Positions 37,200-49,128 of a DNA stretch of 64,000 bases are shown here, one piece after another; within the stretch, counting starts at the first letter, position 1; the number at the start of each line of letters is the position of its first letter. A model generated the notes under the pieces. The model worked only from the letters and a program-made list of their open reading frames with translations. It did not search any database and was not told the DNA's origin. The DNA lies in NCBI GenBank assembly GCA_013239625.1, contig MU054323.1, forward strand, positions 4,566,214 through 4,630,213. The letters are read 5' to 3'. The DNA is from Lama guanicoe. Its lineage: Eukaryota. The translations under genes and the position numbers were made by a program.

Positions 37200-37788
37200 T
37201 GTATTAGTCTGTTTGCTCAGGCGATGATAACAAAATATCACAGACTGGATGGCTTCTGTAATACAAGTTTCTTTCCTCCCAGTTGCGGAGGCAGAGGCTT
37301 TGAGATCGGGATGCCACCACAGTGGGCTTCTGCCGAGAGCTCTTCTCCCGGTCTGCAGAAGGCGCCGTCTTCACCGTGTCCCCACACGGTCTTTCTTCTG
37401 TGCGTGTGTGCGGGGAGAGGGAGTTCTCTGGTGTGTTTTCTCATAAGGATGCAGCTCCTTTGGGATCAGGCCACCCTTATGCCTCATTTAACCTTAATTA
37501 CTTCTTTTTTTCCAATTAAAATATTTCAGAGTTTAAAAAATTAAAATAACAATTGCATTCGTTAAAGGAGTACAACGTGACGTTTTTGGTGTACCGTATT
37601 GCTGTTAACAATACTGTGTTATATACTGGAAACTTGCTAAGAGAGTAGATTTCAAGTGCTCTTGCCACACACACAAAACGGTGACCCTAATTACTTCTTT
37701 AGAGGCCCCATCTCCAAATATGGCCACACTCAGAGTCGAGGCTTCAGCATGTGATTTGGGGTGGGTGGGGCAGAAACAGTCCCTAATA
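37200..37788 (-). mobile_element. MaLR solo LTR (MLT1A/B-like), interrupted by an L1 insert
   Basis: Begins 'tgtattagtc...ataacaaaatatcacagactggatggctt' and ends 'cagtccctaata'. Perfect 5-bp TSD gagtg (37195-37199 / 37789-37793). Confidence 0.9.
37508..37683 (-). mobile_element. Short 5'-inverted L1 (L1MA9-like 3' UTR)
   Basis: The left part is the antisense L1 3' end; 37600-37683 is sense L1 3' UTR ('taacaatactgtgttatatactggaaacttgctaagagagtagat'). 17-bp TSD accttaattacttcttt (37491-37507) / accctaattacttcttt (37684-37700). Confidence 0.85.
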
Positions 37789-39884
37789 GAGTGTGTCCAG
37801 GTGTTAAGCTGCCGGTGGATTTTCAAGGTAAAGCTTTTCCGTAGAGTGAGGAGCATAGATGTTCATAGAGTGCTGCAGTTTCACAAATCTGAGTGACAGA
37901 GAATAGGACACGAGATCTGCTGACGACGGGAAGTGATTTGCTGTGGGAAATGCTGCACCTGTCCGCAGAGAAGAGGCTGTGCCGGAGTGGATGTCAGAGT
38001 TTCTACCCACTCTGTCTTGGGATCTTGTCTCACTGATCATGTAAACCTTTCTGGAGAAGCATCATTAAGTCCTAGCAAGTCTGCAAAACTCTAATCATCA
38101 GGGAATAGATTAAAGCCAACACGTGAAGATTAAAAGAGAACATTATCGTTCTTACAAATTCTTGGATGAATTACAGAAATACAGTTTAGAGGGATTCAAG
38201 GACAATAATCATTTGCCTAATGGGTACTGAACACTCATCTTTGTGGGAGGGAAGCCTTCACCTTGCCACCGAGGGACAGAGTGAATCATGAATGTCCAAA
38301 TGGGGTTACCCAGTTCATAGGTGACACATTTGTCTGCATTCAGCTGCCTGCCTGGATTAGAACAAGTGGTGTGTCTCATCTGCACAGCGGTGGGAAGTAG
38401 TGAGGGTCTCTGTAGAAGGCTGGAGTTCCTGCCCAGGCCTGAGTGCAATAGACAAGAAAGAGATATGGCTAGTGATGAGAAATGATGAATTCCAGGACAA
38501 AAGGGGATCTACTTGGATGATGCTCACTTTCTACAGAAAGGTTAGCTCGACATCTGAGTTAATGTACTGTAAACTGTTAAACTATTTCCTAAACAAAGGG
38601 AGTGCATAAATGGCATGTTGATTGCTTTCGGTTGGTACATTGTGTGTTTTGGGTTGCAGCTTGTTTGTAACTGAAAGCAAACAGTAGCGGTGTGATGGAT
38701 TTGCCTGTGTGTGAAATGGATCTTCAACAAGGGAATCACAAAACGTTTACACTTCTAGACATGAGCACTCCCCACACAGCACAGTCTGCCTTTCCAATTT
38801 CATCCAACTGTGATGGAAGGAAGAAAAAAATTCCATAACATCAGTGTGCACTTAATTGTCAGAGGGAAATAAAATTACAAAGTTTAGTAATACCATAAAA
38901 ATCTGTGCTGTTATGCAAGAACCTAAAATTACATGCTCTCTAAAGGAAAATCATTATACTACAGGGACTCACAAAAGCTTTCCAAACAGAGCTGCATAAT
39001 CTCACAGTTAAGTGCAGTTACTTCTGGTTGAAAGAGACTAAAAACAAAACAAAAAAAGCAATCATTGTCAGGTTGAAAGGGTGGATAGATTCAAGGTGAC
39101 TTTGGGTCATTCTGCTGTTTAGAGCCCATGGAGTTAGAGGTGTAAAGGTAATAAGGATAGTCCATTTTATAAGTTTAAATTTAAACTGCATCCTATTATT
39201 TGATTTGAACTCCAATTAGCACATTCTTTTACATTCTAATAGGTGGTTCAACCTTCTGTTTAAAAAAGCAATTGGATTCTCTTAAAGGTGGCCGTAATTT
39301 AGGAGGGGGGGAAAAACCCCACAAGAAACAAAGGAGAAACAACATGGATAATTAGCTCATATAATTTGGGAGATTTTTCCTAAAGGGAGGAAGCTTATGT
39401 CTTCTCAATGAAGGAAGACAGGTGGAGGAAAGGTCACTGAGTTTGTAAATAGATCCTTTTGATTTAGAATTTGGGCTTTGTTGTTTCCTGTATGTGGTGA
39501 CTAGAGCAAGATGATGTAAGATGACTTATTCTGGGCTTCTGGCCACAGAGAAAAGTAAGTGGGGTTTCAAATTATGACTTCATTTTTCTTCCCCCTGCAC
39601 CTGCCTGTCTAAGGTGGGTCTTCTGCGTGGGGATCCCAGGAGATGACCTGTAAGAAGCAGCACAGTGAGTCCAGTTTGCAACTGACAGAGGTACGGGCAT
39701 CATTGCTCTAGGCCAGCCCAGGATCCCAACATCATTATCTTGGGAGATCTTGGAGAACAAACTCCCCAGTCAATGCACAAATACTGCTCCACTCCCCCAG
39801 TCCAATGCATTGCCGAGTCTTTGAATTTCTCCTTATCCTTCCTCATGGGCAGTATGGGTAAGTGAAAGGGAATGACTTGTTAGA

Positions 39885-40027
39885 CCACGCTGAATTCTAG
39901 GACTGACTTTCCCATTGCTAGCTGTGTGATCCCAGGTGCACTTTTAAACCTCAATTTTCTTCTCTGTAATTTGGGGATGAAAATTCCTACGTCATAATTT
40001 TACAAGAATTAAGAAAGGAATGCATGG
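39885..40027 (+). mobile_element. MIR SINE
   Basis: 'ctagctgtgtgatcccagg...aacctcaattttcttctctgtaatttggggatgaaaattcctacgtcata'. Confidence 0.7.
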
Positions 40028-40171
40028 TCCCTTCTTTTTTCTTGGGAGCAGATTTGGGTCTGTGGGCAATGAAAAGTTAACAGAAGAATGAGACAGTTTT
40101 GGCAAACGTGAGTAGAAAGAAGAGAATGCTAAATATAAACAGCCATGGTGTTTAAGGCCAAGTTAACGAAG

Positions 40172-40289
40172 CAGAATTGTCAGATTTATTATATCTCATG
40201 CAATATTTGGGATGTACTTACACTAAAAAAAAAATTCCTTATCTGAAATTCAAATTTAACTGTATGTTTTATTTTATCTGGCAACACTG
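40172..40289. mobile_element. MER53-like hAT MITE, internally deleted
   Basis: TIRs 'cagaattgtcagat' / 'atctggcaacactg'. Internal 'catgcaatatttggga' and 'tatctgaaattcaaatttaactg'. Confidence 0.8.
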
Positions 40290-40849
40290 ATCACAAACTG
40301 TTATGAACATGCGGCAAAAGGATGTGTTTCTGTATGAATGTCCCCAGACAAGACTAATGAATATGGGGAAACTGCTGACTGACTATTACTGAGTTGGAAG
40401 AGCACTAGATGGGGAGGTGCCTGCTGAGGTTCTTTTTAAGAATCAGTTTTGACTAATCGTTGTGATCTGGTAGCACTTAGCCAATCAGGTAATTGGTAAC
40501 TGCTAACAGATCATAATTATTACATTGTGTTTAATTAGCAATTAATTAGTAGTAAGAGATGACTCTGGTTGATAGTTTATATCCAGTTATATGATGGATG
40601 TGGGCTCTCTTGAGCCAGGTGTTTGCTGCTTAAGAGGCGAGAAACCACCACATTCAGGGTTTACTCTCCTCCCAGAAGATAAGGCAGGGGAATAAGCCAC
40701 GCACCGCTGGGGCATCACTGGGCAGCCGGGGAGAGCAGGGACTCCCAGGGAACTGGCTCTGCGCCCCTGAGGATACTGTGCGAGTCCGGGACAGCCACGG
40801 CCGTGAACTAAGGGAGGCCTGCCCCAACCTCTCTCGTGCAGCGAGCGGG

Positions 40850-43800
40850 ACTTGTATCTTTTCTCTCTTATTGTCCATGTCTTTTCTAGATTTAGAGTAA
40901 AGCACAGTCTGAACGCCAGCCCACACCGCCTGGGACGAACTGATTTTGAGAACCGTGCGCTGACTGGTACTTCTGCCGGCACGTCTCCTGCCTGGGACCG
41001 TGCCTCGTTAGATACCGGCGCGAGTGCCAGCCCAGGGCGCCGTGCAAAGTACGCACTTCTCTTCTAATGTGTCATGGTCATTAAAAGTTTAGTTTCTGGC
41101 CTTTCTGATGGATATAAAATAGTATCTCATTATTTTCATTTGCATTTCTCTGCTTGCTAGTGAGTTTGACAGCTTCTTCTCACACCTATTAGTCATCGTG
41201 TCCTCTTCTACTGCCTATTAATATCTTTGCTCACATTTCTATCGGGGTTCCTGACTCCACAGACATTGTCTTAAAGGTTTTCAGCATGACACCTCTCCTC
41301 CCCCTGCTGTCGTATTTCTCTCTCGTATTTGTGCCAATGGTGCCCTTCAAGGAACTGAGGTTCTTAATTCCTGTGTAACCACGGCCATTAATATCTCCAG
41401 ATTTGCTCCACATATGCTTCTACTGTCTTTTCAAATACATTTCCCCCCACTTCTAGGTATCAGTTATTTTTCAGTCTGTTTCCTATTACCTGCTTGGATC
41501 TCCATCCTGCATTTAGATCTTTTCTTCATTAGGCTAAATTAGTTTTATTTATTTTTCCAGCTTTATTTGAGGTATAACTGACATATAACATGGCACGAAT
41601 TTAAGATGTACAATGTTGTGGTATGATATATGTACATATTGCAAAATGATTAAAACAGTTAGTTAACTGATCCATCATCACCTCATGTAATTACCCTATG
41701 TATGTGTGTGTGTGTGTGTGTTTGTGTGTGTGTGTCTGTGTGTGTGTAAACTTTTAATATCTCACATTTAGATTTTTAACTTACCGGACTCCATTGTTAT
41801 ATATCATGTGAGTCAGGGGACATGACTTTGTTTCTCCTTACTGCAACTTTCCATCGCATCATTTCTCTAACCAGCATGTTTTCAGTGTTACTGTTTATCA
41901 GTTGAAGATGCTGTTTGTCAGTGTCTAGTTTTAATTCTGTTGATTTATTTGTGTCTTTCTGAGCCAAAATCAGATGATTTTTAATTACTATGGCCTTTTA
42001 GCAAGTCTTAATAACTGGTAGAATGAATGTTCTCTTTTTATTTTAATTTTATAAAATTGAAATAGCAATTCATGGAACTTTATTCTTCCATAACATTTTT
42101 TTAATGAGTTTGACAAATTCATCAAAAATTCTAAACATTTTAATAGAATTGCTTTTGTGTTTGTTGCTTAATTTGGAGACACTTTCTATTTTGTGGAACA
42201 ATTTGTTTAAAATAGGGATGAAATCTTTCATAGAACTTCGGTAGAGTTCATGTATAAAACTATTTGGGCTGGAAGTTTGGGGGAGGATGGTCTTTAACTA
42301 CTATTTAATTTTTTAAATGTTTAGGTTATATTGAAGGTTTTCATTTTTTCCCCTAATTCTGACATTTATTCAAAGAATTTATTTAATTTAGGGTTTATTT
42401 TTTTAACTACTGTAGTAAGTTTTTAGATATATTGTTGTCTGTGTCCTTAGTGAGTTGCTATTTTCAACATACATTTTTTTAAATTTAAATTCTCTCTTTT
42501 TTCTTGAGTTATCATACTAGAATTGTGCATTGTTAATGTTTCAAAGAAAACAGTTTGAAATATTATTGAACTTTTCTGTGTTTCTAAACATACTATTTCA
42601 TTGAAGTTTGCCCTTCCATTTCTTTCTTCTGACTTACTTACTTTATCACTCTTTCGTCCAACTTCTTGAACTTTAATGCTAGCTCATGTCTAAAACATCT
42701 CTCTTATGATAATTGTAATTAAATTTGACACTTAAGTTGGGCCCTAAAATCCATTTAGTTTTCACTGTCCAGTTCTTTTTTTTTCATAATAATATTTATA
42801 AATATGCAGCTTTTTACTAGTATGATGTTTTATTTCCAAATACATGGAATTTTTAAAGCCATTTTTGTTATTAATTTTTCCTTGAATTTTGGGTATACAC
42901 TCTAGTTAGCATGTATGATATTGCTTTTTCCTTTTTAAAAAATTTTGTTTTCTCTCTCTCCCTCTTCCTTCATTCTTCTCTCTCTTCATTTCTTCCTTTC
43001 TTTATCTACTTATTTATTGTAAGAACTTTTTTCTACTTTTCTTTTAACACATAATTTTTCAATGTATCTATACTCAAAAAATTATGTTTGTTGGATGCAG
43101 AGCTCTGAATTACCCCATAGATTAGTTGAATTTATGTATTGTGCTATCTAGATTTTTCAGATTTCTATTTATTCTGCCTTCTAGATCTATCCATTTCTCA
43201 GAAGAGTTTGATAAAATCTCCAGCAATAATTGATACTTTTATCTAATATAAGTATAAATACAAAGACTCTCTTTAGTCTTTCCCACTTTGGCTTTATACA
43301 TTTTGTGATTTTACTGTTATAGTGACAGCTGTTTATGATGGCTAATTTTCTTGTTCAATTGTACTTTTTACCAATATAATGATCCCCTTTTATCTCTTGT
43401 GATTTTTTTCTCTCAAATTATATATTTCTAGATATTAAAAGTACTTACCTAGATTTCTTTTGTTTAATATTTTCATGGCCTATTATTTTTTCCACCTTTT
43501 ATTTTCAACTCTTATTTTATCTTCATATATTACAGACGATACACTGTTGGAATTATTTTGTTTTCAGTCTGAGTTATTTTCTTTCATTGGTGAGTTTAAT
43601 CCAGTTACATTATTGTAATTATTTTAGGCTTTTTATGGTTATCTTACTTAATATTTTTCCTTTAATGTCTTTTCTTTTTGTTTACTTGGGTAAACATTGG
43701 TCATGTTAGTTTTTTTTTGTCTTGACTTCAAATTTTCTCATTCTGCTTTTGTTTTTATATTAGTCATCCTTAAATAAAGAATTCCTCTCATATTTATATC

Positions 43801-44900
43801 CATATTGATTTATTAAATTCACTAGTATCTCATCTTTCTCCTAACGAATCAGAAAATTTTGAATATTATCAGGGTGTTTTTGTCTTTTCTGCCACTTTAT
43901 CTTTATTGGATTTTAACTCCAGGTTTACTGTACAATACAGGATACTATTTTGCTCTTTTAGCCTTATTTCAAGGGGTAACTAGAATCTGTGCTAAAAGAA
44001 TGAATCATCCTTACTTCTCAGAAGGGGTTACCGCATCCCCAGGATGTATTTTTCTTCTTATCTGAATGCTTCTTCTAAAAGTATTTTCTAAGTGAATGTT
44101 TGTGTGGCAAATTTTCTAAGCCTGACATGCCTGAGGACATTTTTTTCACCCTCGTATTTTAATGGCAATTCTGCTAAACAAAGAATTCCAGGGTCTGGTG
44201 GCAATTTCATTTGATTTTACTAAAGGCAACCTACATTCTTTCTGGATAAAGTCTCTGCACGTTGGGTGTTTCTAACAGGTTTAGGGGCAGATGTGTTCTC
44301 ACCTGCCCCATCTGACACTCTTTGGACCCTTTTATTCTGAGGTCTCCCATCTTGCTTTTAATTCTAGGATATTTGTGTCTGTTCTTTTTGCAAATATCTC
44401 CTTTCTCTTGTTTATTTTTATTGTTGTTGCTGTTCTTTTAAAACTATTGCAGATATTGGCACTTCTATTTCTAGCCTTTGTACTCCCCAACTTTTCTCTT
44501 ATGTCATCCATTTCTTTGTCCCTGTTTGGCGTCTTCTAAGAGAATTCTTCAATCTGACCTCTCAGTTCTACTCATCCCATGTAGACCATTGAAAAGTTGT
44601 TAGCTGCTGTATTCTGTGCACTTAATATTTCTAACTTTTTAATGACTTTTGTCTTCTATTTTTTATTAAAGCACACTTCCTTCTACCTTTGAGAATATTT
44701 ATGTGTTCATTTTGTATTTGTAGATCATCTGTTCCAATAATTCTGCTTCATGTAGCATATGTTGTTTGGTTTGTAGTCTTTCTCGTTCAAAGATTGTACT
44801 CTGTAGCTATGTGAAAATTTGGCACGTCAGTTCACATTTTCCTGACTGTTAGTTATCTCTTGTGCTAATGGACAGTCTCAAGTAGGACCTACCTTGGCAG
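40850..44900 (-). mobile_element. Ancient LINE-1 (L1ME/L1M5-like), long degraded copy from 3' region through ORF2 to ORF1
   Basis: T-rich plus strand with ordered antisense L1 motifs: 41100 'tctgatggatataaaatagtatctcattattttcatttgcatttc', 41980 'ttaattactatggcctttt', 42240 'gtagagttcatgtataaaactatttgggctgga', 43560 'cagtctga'. The left boundary is uncertain. Confidence 0.65.
41524..41764 (-). mobile_element. L1MA9-like 3' fragment with (TG)n, nested in the older L1
   Basis: 'cagctttatttgaggtataactgacatataac...tttaagatgtacaatg...catcacctcatgtaattacc'. Probable TSD catttagatcttt (41510-41522) / catttagattttt (41765-41777). Confidence 0.8.
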
Positions 44901-44945
44901 TCTAGTGAGGGAGAAAACAAACCCTGAGCTGAAAACCTTAAGCGC

Positions 44946-45492
44946 TGGTGGTGGATATGCCTTTAGGTCATCTACGGCAAGTCATGGTCTTTTATAATCC
45001 TGCCTCCTCAGGGCCAGCAGAACCTGTGACTTGCTTCCAAGTGCTAAACCACGGCAAAGGTGACAGACTACGTCCCCATGCTCATGTTTTGTGATAGATG
45101 ACTTCATCTTTGCAGACTGGAGGGTCTTGAAGAAGCAAGGAGACGTGTTGTGACTTACCTGTGGAAGAGGCCACATGACAAAGAATCACAGGTGGCCTCT
45201 AGAAGTGAAAATCAGCCCACAGACAGCCATCAAGAAAATGGGAGCCTCAGTCCTCCAGCTCCAGGAGATGAATTCTGCCAAAACCCGAGGGAGCTTGGAA
45301 ACATTTATTTCCCCAGTCAAGTCACTGATGAGACCGCAGTCCTAGTTAAGCCCGGATTGCCACCTGATGAGAATTTAAAACAGAGGACCCAGTTAAGCTG
45401 TGTCTACCCCGCTGACTGACAGAAACTGGGAAGTAATGAATGTATACTGTTGTAAGCCTCTAAGTTTGTAGCGATTGATTATAAATACTAGT
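44946..45492 (+). mobile_element. MaLR solo LTR (MLT1E/F-like)
   Basis: 'gaggccacatgacaaagaa...gtggcctctagaagtgaaa...aagaaaatgggagcctcagtcct...gaattctgccaaaacc...gaggacccagttaagc...gaaactgggaagtaatgaatgtatactgttgtaagcctctaagtttgt'. Confidence 0.85.
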
Positions 45493-45719
45493 GTATCCTC
45501 CATCCTCTGCTGGGGACTCCTCTTGGCTCCCATGCCACCTGGCAGCACTTCTGGACAGATTTTGCGTTTTAATGGTTGCAGGACAGAAGCATTGGGAGGG
45601 GGCTATTGCTTATGGAGTGTTACTCACTAGCCAGGAAGTTTTGAGAAAGATGGAGAGATGGCCGTAGATGTCCCCACACGATTAGTAAACTCTGTCTGTC
45701 TCATCATCACATCCTGTAA

Positions 45720-46700
45720 GGTTTCATCATATTCTTCATTTTTAGAAAATATTAAACTTACTAAGGTATTTGATTACATTTATTTTGCAAATTTCACATA
45801 GCACCTTCTAGAATTCATTTCTTAAAATAGAATTCTTTTCAGAAAAGGGCTTTCTTGCTTTATTACTCAGGAATCATCTGCACTCTAATTTTTTTTCTTT
45901 CTAAAGGTAGAGATAGAGTTGAAGTACTTGTCCTTCAACATTTTCGAAATGTTTGCCTTCTGTCATCTTGCTTCTAGTGTTGATACTGAAAAAGTTGCTA
46001 GCAATCTGTATCTTTTTGTCTTTAACGTAACTTCACTCCCTGGAACTGTTTACAATATTTTCTTAAATTTTCCTATAATGCACATATGTGTGGGGCTTCC
46101 TTTATCTGTACTGTTTTGTATATTCTAAGGTCCTTTATCTTAGGTGTTCATATTTTTAAATCCTGGGAAATTCTGGTGAATTATTATTTTACATCTTTCT
46201 ACCTCTTCACTTATCGAGAAGAAAATATTCTTCCTTTCTGGTACTGTTACAGATGGTTGATGGCACTGTGATTTTTATTACCTGTGTTTATTAACTTCTC
46301 TTTAATGTTTTCCATTAGTTACTGACTTTCTAATGCCTCCTAAGTAAGTTCCTGGATCTCATCTTCCTGTTCACTAATTTAATTTGTGGCTCTATCAGTT
46401 CTGTTAATTATCTATCTCTTGTGTTTTTAAAAATATATTTATGTTATTATATCCAGTATCTCTATCTGCTTCTTCTAGGTAACGGCTTACTGCTAATGTC
46501 ATCACTGCATTCTATCCTGGTTCTTTAGATATTTATTTTATTTGTTTTTTAAATGTTGACCTCTATATTTATTCTGAATTATAGCCTGTAATCTGTGTTG
46601 TCATTCTGTTTTCAAGCTTGTACTCAGATGACTTCTTATTTATCTCTTTAAGCTCCTTCACCTGAGCTAGTCCTGTTTACCAGGGCAAAAGGGCTTCTGC
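45720..46700 (-). mobile_element. HAL1 / ancient L1 ORF1-region fragment
   Basis: 'ttctgtcatcttgcttctagtgttgatactgaaaaagt' and 'ttttaaatcctgggaaattct' are antisense ORF1-type motifs. Confidence 0.5.
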
Positions 46701-46974
46701 TCCCTCTTGTAAATTTAGTGCTGGACGCCCTTGACATCCCTGTTTGCTGTGTCACTACCAATCTTCCCTTCTCTTCAGGAAAATCCTGGTACTTTTCTAA
46801 GAATTTCTTTCTCTGGGCTGTAACTACCTGCTCTGAGGGTTTAGAGCAGAAGATGGAAATGCACACAGCTGCTGCTTCACAGATCCTTCTAGCCGTTGCT
46901 CACTCAGCCAGGCTTCTGCTTTCCTTCGCTGTTATCTTGGGAACAGAAAAACGCTTAGCATAGTTTCTGAAATG

Positions 46975-47188
46975 CAAGTGCCTGGTCTGGAATTCTGGCT
47001 CTGCCACATTCTAGCTGAGGGAACTCAGACAAGTTTCTCAACTTCTCTGTGCTTTGATATCCGTGTACCAAATAGAGTATTGACGTCAGTGACTTAGAAT
47101 TGCCATTATATTTAAATGAATCACTGTGTATAAAGTGATTAGAATAGTGCCTGAGACCAACGAGAGCCTAGTAAACATTTGCCATCTT
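46975..47188 (+). mobile_element. MIR SINE
   Basis: 'gaattctggctctgccacattctagctg...caagtttctcaacttctctgtgc...tataaagtgattagaatagtgcctgag'. Confidence 0.8.
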
Positions 47189-47549
47189 TACAGCATCCAG
47201 CACTTGTACGTGCTCAATAAACGCCCTCTACTCTTGCACACCAGTTACACGTATGCACAGAGCTGTGTCTGAATCTTTGCACAGGTTATTGTCAAGGTGC
47301 ACCCACGCTTTAAATCTCTAGGGTTCTCGTGTGCTTCCTGCCATGACCTACTCCTCTAACCCTCCTCGTGATGTGGGCTTTTTTTGGAGAGGGAACTGTT
47401 CAGACAAGTCTAGGAGATCAAATGTTGGTAGAATGGAAACTATTTAAAATCTGCAGTATCTTACACCCATTATTCCCGTGCTATAAGTCTTTGCCTCATA
47501 GAAATATGTGGAACAACTTCTCTTGTGTGCATACAGACCTGCACAGGTC

Positions 47550-47730
47550 ATCAAGATTTACATCCATTATCACGTTTAATTTTGCACGACCTCAAAAAAG
47601 ATGAGAAAGGCTTACTGAACCCGTTTTCAAGAGGAAACAAATTCTCAGACTGGCAGAGTATAGCAGCTAAACTCAGACAGCTTGAGTGTGGCAGACGTGA
47701 AGGCAGCCCAGTTGTTCTGACTTCTAGAGG
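47550..47730 (-). mobile_element. MIR SINE, degraded
   Basis: 'tttacatccattatcacgtttaatt...cccgttttcaagaggaaacaaattctcaga...tctgacttctagag'. Confidence 0.5.
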
Positions 47731-48894
47731 CACACGTACCCCCCGGGGATCCCCTGCAGAGGAGACTAAGAGAGACAGGCAGACACCTGCAGATTCTCTA
47801 GGAGGTGTGTGTATGAGTAAATGTGAGTAGAATTTTAGATATTCATGCCTTTATCCCATTCCATCATACCCAGCTGTTGGGTTCAGGACACACCCGGCCA
47901 TCTCTGTGAAGAGGAGTACTAGTGCTGAGTTATTTACTCTTAGCTGGTTGGGGTTGCTGTTGGGCAGTAAAGATCGTGGCCATCACAGAGGGCACCAGGT
48001 TTGAGCGTCCTTGTCTGTCATTCAAGCTCTGACCAAAGCAGCTAAAGACGCAGGTCCTGCTGCAAGTCACCACGATATGCCGTCTGACTCTTTCGAGGAG
48101 TTTTGGAATCAGATGCCTAAGTTTGTGCTTAGTCTGGTAATGAATATGGTTCCTCAGAGCTAAACCATTCTGTTCGTATCACATACGTTAACCCACTAGG
48201 TTTTCTACACAGTTGACAACAGTGTGCTGTCTGTTTACTAGAGAGGTGGCGTGTGCACATATGCTGAGCAAACATACTATTAACCATCAGTAAGGATGCA
48301 CTGAGCACTAACTCAGTCCCCAGTCTTAGTGAGACGTTGCAGAGGAGACCAAAAAGGATGAACACACATTAAACCATTAGTGTGAATATGTATATGAGAA
48401 ATCATGTTTCTCAATGTATGTCAAACAAGTCATAGCTCTTAACCCTGATTACTTACACAGCACCTTGTCATGTGTAGTCATCAATGCGTGTTTGTAGAAT
48501 AAAGAAGGCAAATCAGGGTAGGCAGATAATTGTACCTGTGCCAGGCTTTTTGCAAGAGATACGCTCTGAGATATTTGAGAAATACATGGGGGGGAGAGGG
48601 CAGTGAGGTACAGAAATAAAAGCAAGATGAGAATTTAGAGAGGAGAAAGGTGAAAAATGTGGGCATAATATCGTCCATTATTAGAATACAGACATTGTAT
48701 AAAGCTCCATTACATTTACAATAGTCACATAATAACTTCCTAGAATCTTTAAGTCATATCTCCTCTACTTTGATTTTTGAATGAATAACTAAGTCTTTTC
48801 ATGCTGGCAGAATACGGTTACTTCTTTTTTTCTTTTTATCTCTTTTCTCTCTCTCTCTCTTTTTATTAAAGTGTGTTTTATGGCTCGGATGTGG

Positions 48895-49128
48895 TCAGAT
48901 TCATAAAGACAGAAAGTAGAAGGTGGTTGCCCGAGGCTGGGGGACGATGAATGGACAGTTAGTGCTTAGTGGGTACAGAGTTCCATTTGGGGAAGATTAA
49001 AAACTTCTGGAGATGGGTATGATAATGGTTGCACAACAATGTGAATGTACTTAATTCCACAGAACTGCACACTTAAAATTGGTTAAAATGGTAAATTTTG
49101 TTATGTATATTTTACCACAATTTAAAAC
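48895..49128 (+). mobile_element. L1MB-like 3' UTR end
   Basis: 'agacagaaagtagaaggtggttgcc...gggtacagagttccatttggg...tggttgcacaacaatgtgaatgtacttaat...cacttaaaattggttaaaatggtaaattttgttatgtatattttaccacaattt'. Confidence 0.9.
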
